DNA of 64,000 nucleotides from a virus. Taxonomy: Duplodnaviria > Caudoviricetes. The stretch's first letter is position 1. Every line of letters begins with the position of its first letter. A program made the position numbers and the translations under genes. The stretch lies in the IMG/VR virus record IMGVR_UViG_3300002026_001699, positions 8,159 through 72,158 of that record. One strand, written 5' to 3'. Positions 46,661-54,943 of this stretch are shown piece after piece. The notes under the pieces are model-generated. The model had not been told where the DNA came from. It made no database searches and saw only the letters and a list, made by a program, of their open reading frames with translations.

Positions 46661-47116
46661 ATGGATTTTAAATATGAACAAATAATATCACTATTTACTA
46701 ATCCTCTTCAAACTATGGCTAAAGGCTTATGGATGGATGGAACAGAAGGTGAAGGAGAGCATAAATTTTGGTATAATAGTGGTCAATTATATCAACATTG
46801 TTTTTATAAAGGTAGAGAAAGAGAAGGTGAATATAAGAAATGGTGGGGAAATGGTCAATTATCTATTCATACTTTTTATAAAAATGGTAATAGAGATGGT
46901 GAATATAAAAGTTGGCATAGTAATGGTAAATCGCTTGTTCATGCTTTTTTTAAAGATGGTAAAGAAGAAGGTGAACTTAAAAGATGGTTTGATAATGGTC
47001 AATTAGAATATCATTGTTTTTATAAAAATGCTGAAAGACATGGCGTTCGTAAAGAATGGGATGAGAAAGGTAATCTTATTAAATCAACAACTTATAAAAA
47101 TGGTAGAGAAATATGA
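46661..47116 (+). CDS. MORN-variant/YwqK-type repeat protein, paralog 1
   Basis: 24-aa units NGQLxxHxFYKNGxxDGEYKxW. Confidence 0.85.
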   Translation: MDFKYEQIISLFTNPLQTMAKGLWMDGTEGEGEHKFWYNSGQLYQHCFYKGREREGEYKKWWGNGQLSIHTFYKNGNRDGEYKSWHSNGKSLVHAFFKDGKEEGELKRWFDNGQLEYHCFYKNAERHGVRKEWDEKGNLIKSTTYKNGREI

Positions 47117-47637
47117 TAATGCATGAACAAACTAAGGATTTATTTACTTCTCCAATTAAAACTATGGAAGCCGGTTTATGGTTTAGTGGTGTGAGAGGTG
47201 AAGGTTTATATAAAGAGTGGTGGGAAAATGGTAAATTATATACACAACGTTTTTATAAAAATAATAAAAAAGATGGTGAATATAAAAAATGGTTAGAAAG
47301 TGGTCAATTAGAAATTCATTGTTTTTATAAGAATGATAAGTTAGAAGGAGAATATAAACAATGGAATGATAAAGGTAAATTATATCAACATTGTTTTTTT
47401 AAAGATGGTAAATTAGATGGTGAATATAAGAAATGGTATGAAAATGGTAAATTATATATACAATATTTTTTAAAAAATGATAAAAGAGATGGTGAATATA
47501 AATCTTGGTATGAAAATGGAAAATTATGTCAACATGGTTTTTATAAAAATGGTAAATTTGATGGTGAATATAAAGAATGGAATGATAAAGGTAAATTAAA
47601 AAATTCAGCAATTTTTAAAAATGGAGAAGTAGTATGA
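47113..47637 (+). CDS. MORN/YwqK-type paralog 2
   Basis: Same leader and repeats; ATGA overlap. Confidence 0.85.
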   Translation: MIMHEQTKDLFTSPIKTMEAGLWFSGVRGEGLYKEWWENGKLYTQRFYKNNKKDGEYKKWLESGQLEIHCFYKNDKLEGEYKQWNDKGKLYQHCFFKDGKLDGEYKKWYENGKLYIQYFLKNDKRDGEYKSWYENGKLCQHGFYKNGKFDGEYKEWNDKGKLKNSAIFKNGEVV

Positions 47638-48158
47638 TAATGTATGAACAAATTATAAATCTATTTAAATCTCCAGTTAGAACTATGAATATTGGATTGT
47701 GGATGGATGGAACAAAGGGTGAAGGCAAGTATAAACAATGGAATAAAAATGGAGTATTATATGAACAATCATATTATAAAAATGGTAATTTAGATGGTGA
47801 ATATAAAGTGTGGAGTGAAAATGGTAAATTAGATACTCAATGTTTTTATAAAAATGGCAGAAAAGATGGTGATTATAAAAGATGGTATGAGAATGGTCAA
47901 CTTCGTGAACACTGTTTTTTCAAAAAAGGAAATAAAGAAGGTGAATATAAAGAGTGGCATGAAAATGGTCAATTAAGCACAGTTTGTTATTATAAAGAAG
48001 GACTATTAGAAGGTGAGAATAAAGAGTGGCGAGACAGTGGTAAATTACTTATTCATTGTTATTATAAAGATGATGAATTAGACGGTGAATTTAAATATTA
48101 TAATATAAAAGGTGAAATTACAAGACATGAATTTTATAAAGATGGTCACAAAGTATGA
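47634..48158 (+). CDS. MORN/YwqK-type paralog 3
   Basis: Same leader and repeats; ATGA overlap. Confidence 0.85.
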   Translation: MIMYEQIINLFKSPVRTMNIGLWMDGTKGEGKYKQWNKNGVLYEQSYYKNGNLDGEYKVWSENGKLDTQCFYKNGRKDGDYKRWYENGQLREHCFFKKGNKEGEYKEWHENGQLSTVCYYKEGLLEGENKEWRDSGKLLIHCYYKDDELDGEFKYYNIKGEITRHEFYKDGHKV

Positions 48159-48453
48159 TAATGCATGAACAAATAATATCATTATTTATTTCTCCAGAAG
48201 AAACATTATATAATGGACTTTGGATGAGTGGTAAAAGAGAAGGTGAATATAAAAAATGGTATAGAAATGGTCAGCAACGTGAAAGTTGTTTTTATAAAGA
48301 TGAAGAAAAAATGGTCCATTTAAACAATGGTATACTAACGGTCAATTGTATATTCTTTGTTATTATAGATATAATGAATTAAATGGTGAATATAAAGAAT
48401 GGGATGATAAAGGTAAATTGATGGATTCAGGAACTTTTAAGGATGGTAAATAA
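48155..48453 (+). pseudogene. MORN/YwqK-type paralog 4, frameshifted at the A6 run 48306-48311
   Basis: One extra A restores ...EEKNGPFKQWYTNGQL...FKDGK to TAA 48451-48453. Confidence 0.8.
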
Positions 48454-48455
48454 GT

Positions 48456-48851
48456 ATGAATGTAATGCGCAAACAAATTAGAGATTTTTTTACTAATCAA
48501 GAAATGGCTATGATAGGTGGTTTATGGTTTAGTGGCATAGAGTTTGATGGTGAATATAAAGAGTGGTATGATGAAGATCAATTATCAGTACATTGTTTTT
48601 GGAAAAATGGAGATTATGATGGTGAATATAAATCATGGTATGATGATGGAAAACTTATGGAAAAATGTTTTTATAAAGATGGAGTAAAAGATGGTGAGTT
48701 TAAAATCTGGAGTAATGATGGAAAAATAGAATCACATGGTTTTTATAAAGGTGGAATTTTGGAAGGTGAGTATAAGAAATGGGGCGCAAGAGGCAAACTA
48801 AGACAGCACTCAATATATAAAAACGGTAGAATAAAAGAAAAGATAGTATGA
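48456..48851 (+). CDS. MORN/YwqK-type paralog 5
   Basis: Same leader and repeats. Confidence 0.85.
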   Translation: MNVMRKQIRDFFTNQEMAMIGGLWFSGIEFDGEYKEWYDEDQLSVHCFWKNGDYDGEYKSWYDDGKLMEKCFYKDGVKDGEFKIWSNDGKIESHGFYKGGILEGEYKKWGARGKLRQHSIYKNGRIKEKIV

Positions 48852-49240
48852 TAATGCATGAACAAATAATATCATTATTTACTTCTCCTATTGAAACAAT
48901 GACTGGTGGTTTATGGTTTAGTGGTATAGAAGATGAAGGCGAATATAAACAGTGGTATAAAAGTGGTAAATTATTAAAACATACTTTTTATAAGAATGAT
49001 AATTTAGATGGTGAATATAAAATATGGTATTATAATGGAGTTTTAAAAAATAGTTGTTTTCATAAAGATGGACTATTAGAAGGTGAGTATAAAGAGTGGT
49101 ATGAGAATGGTCAATTATCACTTCATTGTTTTTTCAAGAATGGAAAAGAAGATGGTGAATCAAAAGAGTGGGATAGTAGTGGTAATTTAATAATACGTTC
49201 AATATATAAAAATGGTAAATTTGTAAAGGTGATAAAATGA
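48848..49240 (+). CDS. MORN/YwqK-type paralog 6
   Basis: Same leader and repeats; ATGA overlap. Confidence 0.85.
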   Translation: MIMHEQIISLFTSPIETMTGGLWFSGIEDEGEYKQWYKSGKLLKHTFYKNDNLDGEYKIWYYNGVLKNSCFHKDGLLEGEYKEWYENGQLSLHCFFKNGKEDGESKEWDSSGNLIIRSIYKNGKFVKVIK

Positions 49241-49632
49241 ATGTAATGCATATACAAATCATTGATTTATTTACTAATCCTCAACAAACTATGTATGATG
49301 GTCTATGGTATTGCGGCATATATGGAGAAGGTGAATTTAAAGAATGGGATGATAGTGGACAATTATTTCAACGCACCTATTGGAAGAATGGAAAGAAGGA
49401 TGGTGAGTTTAAAGAATGGCATAGAAATGGTCAATTATTTCAACAATGTTTTTATAAAAATAATGGTATAGACGGTGAGTATAAAAGATGGCATGAAAAT
49501 GGTCAACTTCGTGAACACTCTTTTTATAAAGATGGTAAAAGAGATGGTGAATATAAAACATGGCGAGACGATGGCAAATTATTAGCACATAAGATATATA
49601 AAAATGGTGCGTTAGTAAAGGAGATAAAATGA
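49237..49632 (+). CDS. MORN/YwqK-type paralog 7
   Basis: Same leader and repeats; ATGA overlap. Confidence 0.85.
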   Translation: MNVMHIQIIDLFTNPQQTMYDGLWYCGIYGEGEFKEWDDSGQLFQRTYWKNGKKDGEFKEWHRNGQLFQQCFYKNNGIDGEYKRWHENGQLREHSFYKDGKRDGEYKTWRDDGKLLAHKIYKNGALVKEIK

Positions 49633-49940
49633 CATTTGCAGAACAACAAATTATAGACTTATTTACTTCTCCTCTTAAAACAATGACAAATGGATTATGG
49701 TTTAGTATGATATATGGAGAGGGTGAATTCAAACAATGGTTTGTTAATGGTATATTATGTGAACACTCATATTATAAAGGTGGAGAAAAAAATGGTGAAT
49801 GTAAATTATGGTGGCGGAATGGTCAATTATATACTCATGCTTTTTATAAAAACAATAAAAAAGATGGTGAGTGTAAAGTATGGAATAAAAATGGTGAGTT
49901 AGATATTCATACTTTTTATAAGGATGGTAAAAAAGTATGA
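49629..49940 (+). CDS. MORN/YwqK-type paralog 8
   Basis: Same leader and repeats; ATGA overlap. Confidence 0.85.
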   Translation: MTFAEQQIIDLFTSPLKTMTNGLWFSMIYGEGEFKQWFVNGILCEHSYYKGGEKNGECKLWWRNGQLYTHAFYKNNKKDGECKVWNKNGELDIHTFYKDGKKV

Positions 49941-50317
49941 ATTATAGACAACAACTTGTAGACTTATTTACTTCTCCAGAATCAGCAATGGTTAATGGTT
50001 TATGGTATAGTGGAACATATGGAGAAGGTTTATTGAAAAGTTGGCATTATAAGGGTCATGTATATTATGAAATTTATTATAAAAATGGTAAACAAGATGG
50101 TGAATATAAAATGTGGCATGAGAACGGTCAATTATCTGAAATTAGTTTTTATAAAGATGGTAAAAGAGAAGGTGAATGTAAAAGATGGTTTGATAATGGA
50201 CAAATGTTTAAACATTGTTTTTATAAAAATAACAAGTTAAGTGGTGAATATAAAGAATGGAATAATAAAGGTGAACAAATAGGCTCTATGATGTTCAAGG
50301 ATGATAAACAAATATGA
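49937..50317 (+). CDS. MORN/YwqK-type paralog 9
   Basis: Same leader and repeats; ATGA overlap. Confidence 0.85.
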   Translation: MNYRQQLVDLFTSPESAMVNGLWYSGTYGEGLLKSWHYKGHVYYEIYYKNGKQDGEYKMWHENGQLSEISFYKDGKREGECKRWFDNGQMFKHCFYKNNKLSGEYKEWNNKGEQIGSMMFKDDKQI

Positions 50318-50697
50318 ATTTAAGACATGAACAAATTATATCTCTATTTACTTCTCCTAAACAAACTATGATGGGTGGTTTATGGTATAGTGGTGTAAGG
50401 AAAGAAGGCGAATATAAAGAATGGTTTGATAATTGGAAATTAAATGTTCATTGTTTTTATAAAAATAATAAATATAATGGTGAATATAAATCATGGTTTG
50501 ATAATGGTCAATTATGGAAACATTTTTTATATAAAGATGGAAGTTTAGAAGGTGAGTATAAACACTGGTATGATGATGGTAAATTATTTATGCATATGTT
50601 TTATAAAAATGGAAAAAAAGATGGTGAATATAAAGCATGGAATGAAAAAGGTCAGTTAGTAGATTCAAGAAATTATAAAGATGGTGTTGAAATATGA
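50314..50697 (+). CDS. MORN/YwqK-type paralog 10
   Basis: Same leader and repeats; ATGA overlap. Confidence 0.85.
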   Translation: MNLRHEQIISLFTSPKQTMMGGLWYSGVRKEGEYKEWFDNWKLNVHCFYKNNKYNGEYKSWFDNGQLWKHFLYKDGSLEGEYKHWYDDGKLFMHMFYKNGKKDGEYKAWNEKGQLVDSRNYKDGVEI

Positions 50698-51074
50698 TAA
50701 TGCATGAACAAATCAAAGATTTATTTACTAACCCTGAAGATACTATGATTAGTGGATTATGGTTTAGTGGTATAAGAGGTGAAGGTGAATATAAAGAGTG
50801 GCACGAGAATGGTAAAATATATGAAATTGCTTTTTATAAAAATGGTAAAAGAGAAGGTGAAAGTAAAGAGTGGTTTAAGAATGGTCAATTAAATATACAA
50901 TGTTTTTGGAAAAATAGTAAATTAGATGGTGAGTATAAACTATGGAATGATAAAGGTAATTTAGAAACAAGTTGTTTTTGGAAAAATGATAAATTAGATG
51001 GTATTCGTAAAGAATGGAATGATAAGGGTAAATTGATTAAATCAAAAACTTATAAGTATGGTAAAGAAGTATGA
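50694..51074 (+). CDS. MORN/YwqK-type paralog 11
   Basis: Same leader and repeats; ATGA overlap. Confidence 0.85.
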   Translation: MIMHEQIKDLFTNPEDTMISGLWFSGIRGEGEYKEWHENGKIYEIAFYKNGKREGESKEWFKNGQLNIQCFWKNSKLDGEYKLWNDKGNLETSCFWKNDKLDGIRKEWNDKGKLIKSKTYKYGKEV

Positions 51075-51376
51075 TGCATGAACAGATAATAAAATTATTT
51101 ACTTCTCCAAGAGAAACTATGTTTTATGGTTTATGGTATAGTGGAGTGAAAGGTGAAGGTGAGCATAAAGAATGGCATAGAAATGGTCAATTATCTCAAC
51201 ATTGCTTTTATAAAAATAATTATATAGATGGTGAGTATAAAAGATGGCATGAGAATGGTCAATTAGAAACAGAACGTAATTATAAGAATGGAAGGTTAGA
51301 TGGTGAATTTAAAATGTGGAATAATAAAGGTAAATTAATAAAATCAATAATTTTCAAGGATGGAGTTGAAATATGA
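51071..51376 (+). CDS. MORN/YwqK-type paralog 12
   Basis: Same leader and repeats; ATGA overlap. Confidence 0.85.
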   Translation: MMHEQIIKLFTSPRETMFYGLWYSGVKGEGEHKEWHRNGQLSQHCFYKNNYIDGEYKRWHENGQLETERNYKNGRLDGEFKMWNNKGKLIKSIIFKDGVEI

Positions 51377-51753
51377 TAATGCATGAACAAATTAAAAAAT
51401 TATTTACTAACCCTGAAGATACTATGATTAGTGGCTTATGGATGGATGGAACAGAAGGTGAAGGTGAATATAAAGAGTGGCACGAGAATGGTAAAATATA
51501 TGAACAATGTTTTTGGAAAGATGGTAAAAGAGAGGGTGAATATAGATTATGGCATAATGATGGTCAATTAGGTTTATGTTGTTATTTTAAAAATGGTAAA
51601 CAAGATAGTGAATATAAGAAATGGTATATTAATGGACAATTATATGTAAAATGTTTTTATAAAAATGGTAAAAGAGATGGTGAGTGGAAAGAATGGGATA
51701 ATAAAGGTAAATTAATAAAATCAATAATGTATAAAAATGGAAATGAAATATGA
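51373..51753 (+). CDS. MORN/YwqK-type paralog 13
   Basis: Same leader and repeats; ATGA overlap. Confidence 0.85.
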   Translation: MIMHEQIKKLFTNPEDTMISGLWMDGTEGEGEYKEWHENGKIYEQCFWKDGKREGEYRLWHNDGQLGLCCYFKNGKQDSEYKKWYINGQLYVKCFYKNGKRDGEWKEWDNKGKLIKSIMYKNGNEI

Positions 51754-52007
51754 TTGGTAAAATATATTATGGTTTTTTAGATAAATGGGATGATTCTTAT
51801 GAAGGTTTGATTATTCAAGAAAATCTTATAAAGATAATGTATATTAAATATTCAAATATGGTATATGGTAATAGATTAAGAATTTGTGATTATGATAAAA
51901 CAAATAAATTAAAAGAATTAGATAAATCACCAAAAGATTACTTTGATTTGTTATTTAGTGGAAAGATAGATTATGATGATTGGTATGATTTAAAAGGAGA
52001 TATATAA
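51750..52007 (+). CDS. Hypothetical protein
   Basis: ATGA-coupled to paralog 13. Confidence 0.55.
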   Translation: MIGKIYYGFLDKWDDSYEGLIIQENLIKIMYIKYSNMVYGNRLRICDYDKTNKLKELDKSPKDYFDLLFSGKIDYDDWYDLKGDI

Positions 52008-52189
52008 TGGGACCAGTAGAATATGTAATGTTAAATAGCGAATCTTCTCAATGGGTTGCTGGTAAATGGGCCGTTGTGTCTGCAACTTTAACAGGAGCAG
52101 GCACAGGATTTGCCTGGATAAAAAGAATTAGTTTTGGAGTTGCAACTGAACAAGATTTAAAAGATTATGTAGAATCATATAATGATTAG
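52007..52189 (+). CDS. 60-aa hypothetical protein
   Basis: AGGAG RBS. Confidence 0.5.
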   Translation: MGPVEYVMLNSESSQWVAGKWAVVSATLTGAGTGFAWIKRISFGVATEQDLKDYVESYND

Positions 52190-52344
52190 TGGAGCGGGAC
52201 GTCCTAATAAAGATAAATTGTTTGGAGTATTAGGAGAGTATCAGGTTGTTGCCATCTCTTCTATATCACAACACAAGAGAAATTCTCTTAGAGTTGAAAA
52301 CGTCCCAATGTCTATTTATCCATTAGGTTAAATTAGGAGTAATT

Positions 52345-53247
52345 ATGGATTTCAATCAATATATAGACATGTTGTTAGAAGGTGGAGCTGCAATGGATGC
52401 CTCACGTATTCAAGTTGGAAAAATTAAATCTACATTTGATAAATATATTAAAGATGTTATAAAAAATATAGACCCTAAAGCTCAATATAAAACAATCGGT
52501 TCTTTGGGGAAAAAAGAAACAAGTGGTGATATAGATGTAGCAATAAAAACAGATTTAGACTTACAAACAGTAAGTGATAAACTAACTTCATTAGGAATCA
52601 GACATAAAGTAAATAAAGGTTTAAAACAAATATATACAGAGTTTCCAATATTTAATCATGATGGAACAGATTCAGGAGAAAAAGTTCAAGTTGATTTAAT
52701 GTTTGGAGATGTTGAATTCCTTTCAGCAACTTATTGGGCACCAGGTGAAAGTCAATCAAAATACTCTGGTTCTGACCTATCAATTATTTTTGCAAGTATA
52801 ACAAGATTTACAAAAATACATGAAATTAAAAATCAAGAAAATAAAGAAGCATTAAAAGAATTTAAAAAAGAACATCCTGACCTTACATACTCTTATGTTT
52901 ATGATATAAATCGTGGTATCTTTATTAAAGTAAGATGGATGGAAGAACTTAAAGCTGGAAAAAACAAAGGTCAAATGGGAGAAAAGAGTGATAGACTCCC
53001 TAACCCAGAAGCTACAACAGTTGAAGACGTATTAGCAATTTGGAATAAAGATTCAAAGGTTGAATGGACAAAACAAGATTTCAATATCTCATTAGAAAAA
53101 GTGTGGCAAAAAGCTAAAAAAGCTTTTAGTAGTGAAAAATTACGTAGTATAATGGATTATATAAATCCTTCAATGGAAAACAAGCCACAATTAGAATCAA
53201 AATTTTTAAATAGTATTTATATGGAGATGTTGAATGAATCTGTTTGA
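52345..53247 (+). CDS. Pol-beta-superfamily nucleotidyltransferase
   Basis: IGSLGKKETSGDIDVAI (GS...DxD); third Asp in VQVDLM; N-terminus MDFNQYIDMLLE. Confidence 0.8.
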   Translation: MDFNQYIDMLLEGGAAMDASRIQVGKIKSTFDKYIKDVIKNIDPKAQYKTIGSLGKKETSGDIDVAIKTDLDLQTVSDKLTSLGIRHKVNKGLKQIYTEFPIFNHDGTDSGEKVQVDLMFGDVEFLSATYWAPGESQSKYSGSDLSIIFASITRFTKIHEIKNQENKEALKEFKKEHPDLTYSYVYDINRGIFIKVRWMEELKAGKNKGQMGEKSDRLPNPEATTVEDVLAIWNKDSKVEWTKQDFNISLEKVWQKAKKAFSSEKLRSIMDYINPSMENKPQLESKFLNSIYMEMLNESV

Positions 53248-54616
53248 GAGAATGGCTATTGAACTTTTAAGAGAAGAAACATCATCTGAAAGATTAAAAG
53301 AATCAACACCAGAACAAAGAAAACAAATAAAAGAAATAAAAAGAAATCTTTCTGATTTTTTTATCAACAGTGGAATTAAAGTTGGTAATGAAAAGCATGG
53401 TGAAGATTTCCGTCTTCAAGTTCAAAACTCTCCAGTTGATAAAAATTGGATTGATATTGCATTAAAAAATATGGGATATAATGCAAATATAATTGAAATA
53501 GCAGGAGGGGAAACTGATTCAAAATCAAGGTCTCTTCCTACACTAAAAATAGTAACATCTATAGGTTCAAGAATATATATTGTTTTATCTGGATTTGGAA
53601 AGAAAACAAATAAAAAAGAATTCTCACCAAATAAATTTAATATAGAAGGAAAGGATTATAAATATAAAGAACTCTATAATGAATTAGTTAAAAAAATACC
53701 CGAAAAAGGTTTTGATAAGAATGTTCAAAATTATTTATTATATTTATTAGACCTTGTTGCTAATAAAGAATCTGTAAAATCTGGTAATATGTTTAAAATA
53801 AATAAAGGTGATTTTGATGAATCCCTTGTAGCTGATAGTGATAAAAAAAATATACAAAATGATTTTGGTGAAATATTAGGTGCAATTATGTTATCTAAAT
53901 ATGAGAAAGATATTATCTTTTTTCCAAAATCTTCTAATGAGCCTTTAATAGATTATGAAATTGGAAATATTCGTTACTCAGCAAAATCAATTTCAGGAGC
54001 AGCTCCTACACTAACATCAATAGCAAATAGTTATTATGATTTTGTTAAAAATGATTTAGATATACCAGAAGATGACAATGTTTTATTAAAAATATTTGAC
54101 CTAATAAAAGGAAATATTTCAGTTGAACAAACATATTTGGCTATTACAAAAATAATAGATGATAACTCATGGGAAGCTTTATTAGAATTATTAAATGTTG
54201 ATGACGTTGATACTAACAAGAAATCATGTCTTCAATTAATTAAAGATAAATTAGATGAATATTATGATGATGGAAACCTTTATAATAAACTAACAACTTT
54301 CTATGATAAAATAGGAACAACACCTTTCACACCAATAAGTAAATATGACCAAAATGCAAGTTGGAGACATGGATATGTTATTGCAGCTTTAGCCTATCAA
54401 ATACCAAAAATATTAAATAAAGATGAAGAAATAATTGAAAATATGAAAGAAGTAATTTCTCAAAATGAAAATGTTAGACAAATAAACATGTATAATAACT
54501 CAAAAGACTTGTCTTTTAAAATTACTAATTTTGATAAAAATATAAATATTAAATTTGTTGGAGGAGGTTCTGTTCAAGGACCAAATCATCAAAACTTAAG
54601 ATTCAAGATTTCTTAA
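53234..54616 (+). CDS. Putative PD-(D/E)xK nuclease-fold protein
   Basis: DFGEILGA...SNEPLIDY...YSAKS; N-terminus MNLFERMAIELLRE. Confidence 0.55.
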   Translation: MNLFERMAIELLREETSSERLKESTPEQRKQIKEIKRNLSDFFINSGIKVGNEKHGEDFRLQVQNSPVDKNWIDIALKNMGYNANIIEIAGGETDSKSRSLPTLKIVTSIGSRIYIVLSGFGKKTNKKEFSPNKFNIEGKDYKYKELYNELVKKIPEKGFDKNVQNYLLYLLDLVANKESVKSGNMFKINKGDFDESLVADSDKKNIQNDFGEILGAIMLSKYEKDIIFFPKSSNEPLIDYEIGNIRYSAKSISGAAPTLTSIANSYYDFVKNDLDIPEDDNVLLKIFDLIKGNISVEQTYLAITKIIDDNSWEALLELLNVDDVDTNKKSCLQLIKDKLDEYYDDGNLYNKLTTFYDKIGTTPFTPISKYDQNASWRHGYVIAALAYQIPKILNKDEEIIENMKEVISQNENVRQINMYNNSKDLSFKITNFDKNINIKFVGGGSVQGPNHQNLRFKIS

Positions 54617-54943
54617 TAAATCACTTATATTCAAAATGTCCCCATTATATTTTGAACTGATACGATGAAAACCTTCGTATTTTAATGCAAAACTTATTTC
54701 TTTATTATTAATAAAAATAAGCCCATCAAACTTTTTTAATTTTTCTTGTTTATATAACGGCGCTATATCAACAACATCTACCATTTTGCCCCTATAATTA
54801 ATTAAACCATCAATTAAATCAGAATGGAGGGTATTAAGTGTTGCAGGCCCTATTTTATTAATTAATGTTGGTTCTATATTAAAATCATCTGATACTTCTA
54901 TTGCTAAATCTTTTTCGCCTATTTTAAATTCTAAATATTTCAT
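54596..54943 (-). CDS. CheW-like chemotaxis adaptor
   Basis: YLEFKIGEKDLAI...IDGLINYRGKMVDVVDI. Confidence 0.7.
   Translation of the reverse strand: MKYLEFKIGEKDLAIEVSDDFNIEPTLINKIGPATLNTLHSDLIDGLINYRGKMVDVVDIAPLYKQEKLKKFDGLIFINNKEISFALKYEGFHRISSKYNGDILNISDLLRNLES

Noticed and set aside
46737-50240. Alternative-frame and antisense ORFs in the MORN array (46737, 47399, 48918, 49262, 49409, 49714, 50058)
   Set aside because: Shadows produced by periodic codon use of the repeats; no RBS and no protein-like composition
46661-51753. Diversity-generating retroelement or CRISPR array as explanation of the repeats
   Set aside because: No reverse transcriptase or cas gene in the window; units are in-frame coding and divergent; no template/variable pair with adenine-only changes or repeat-spacer pattern seen
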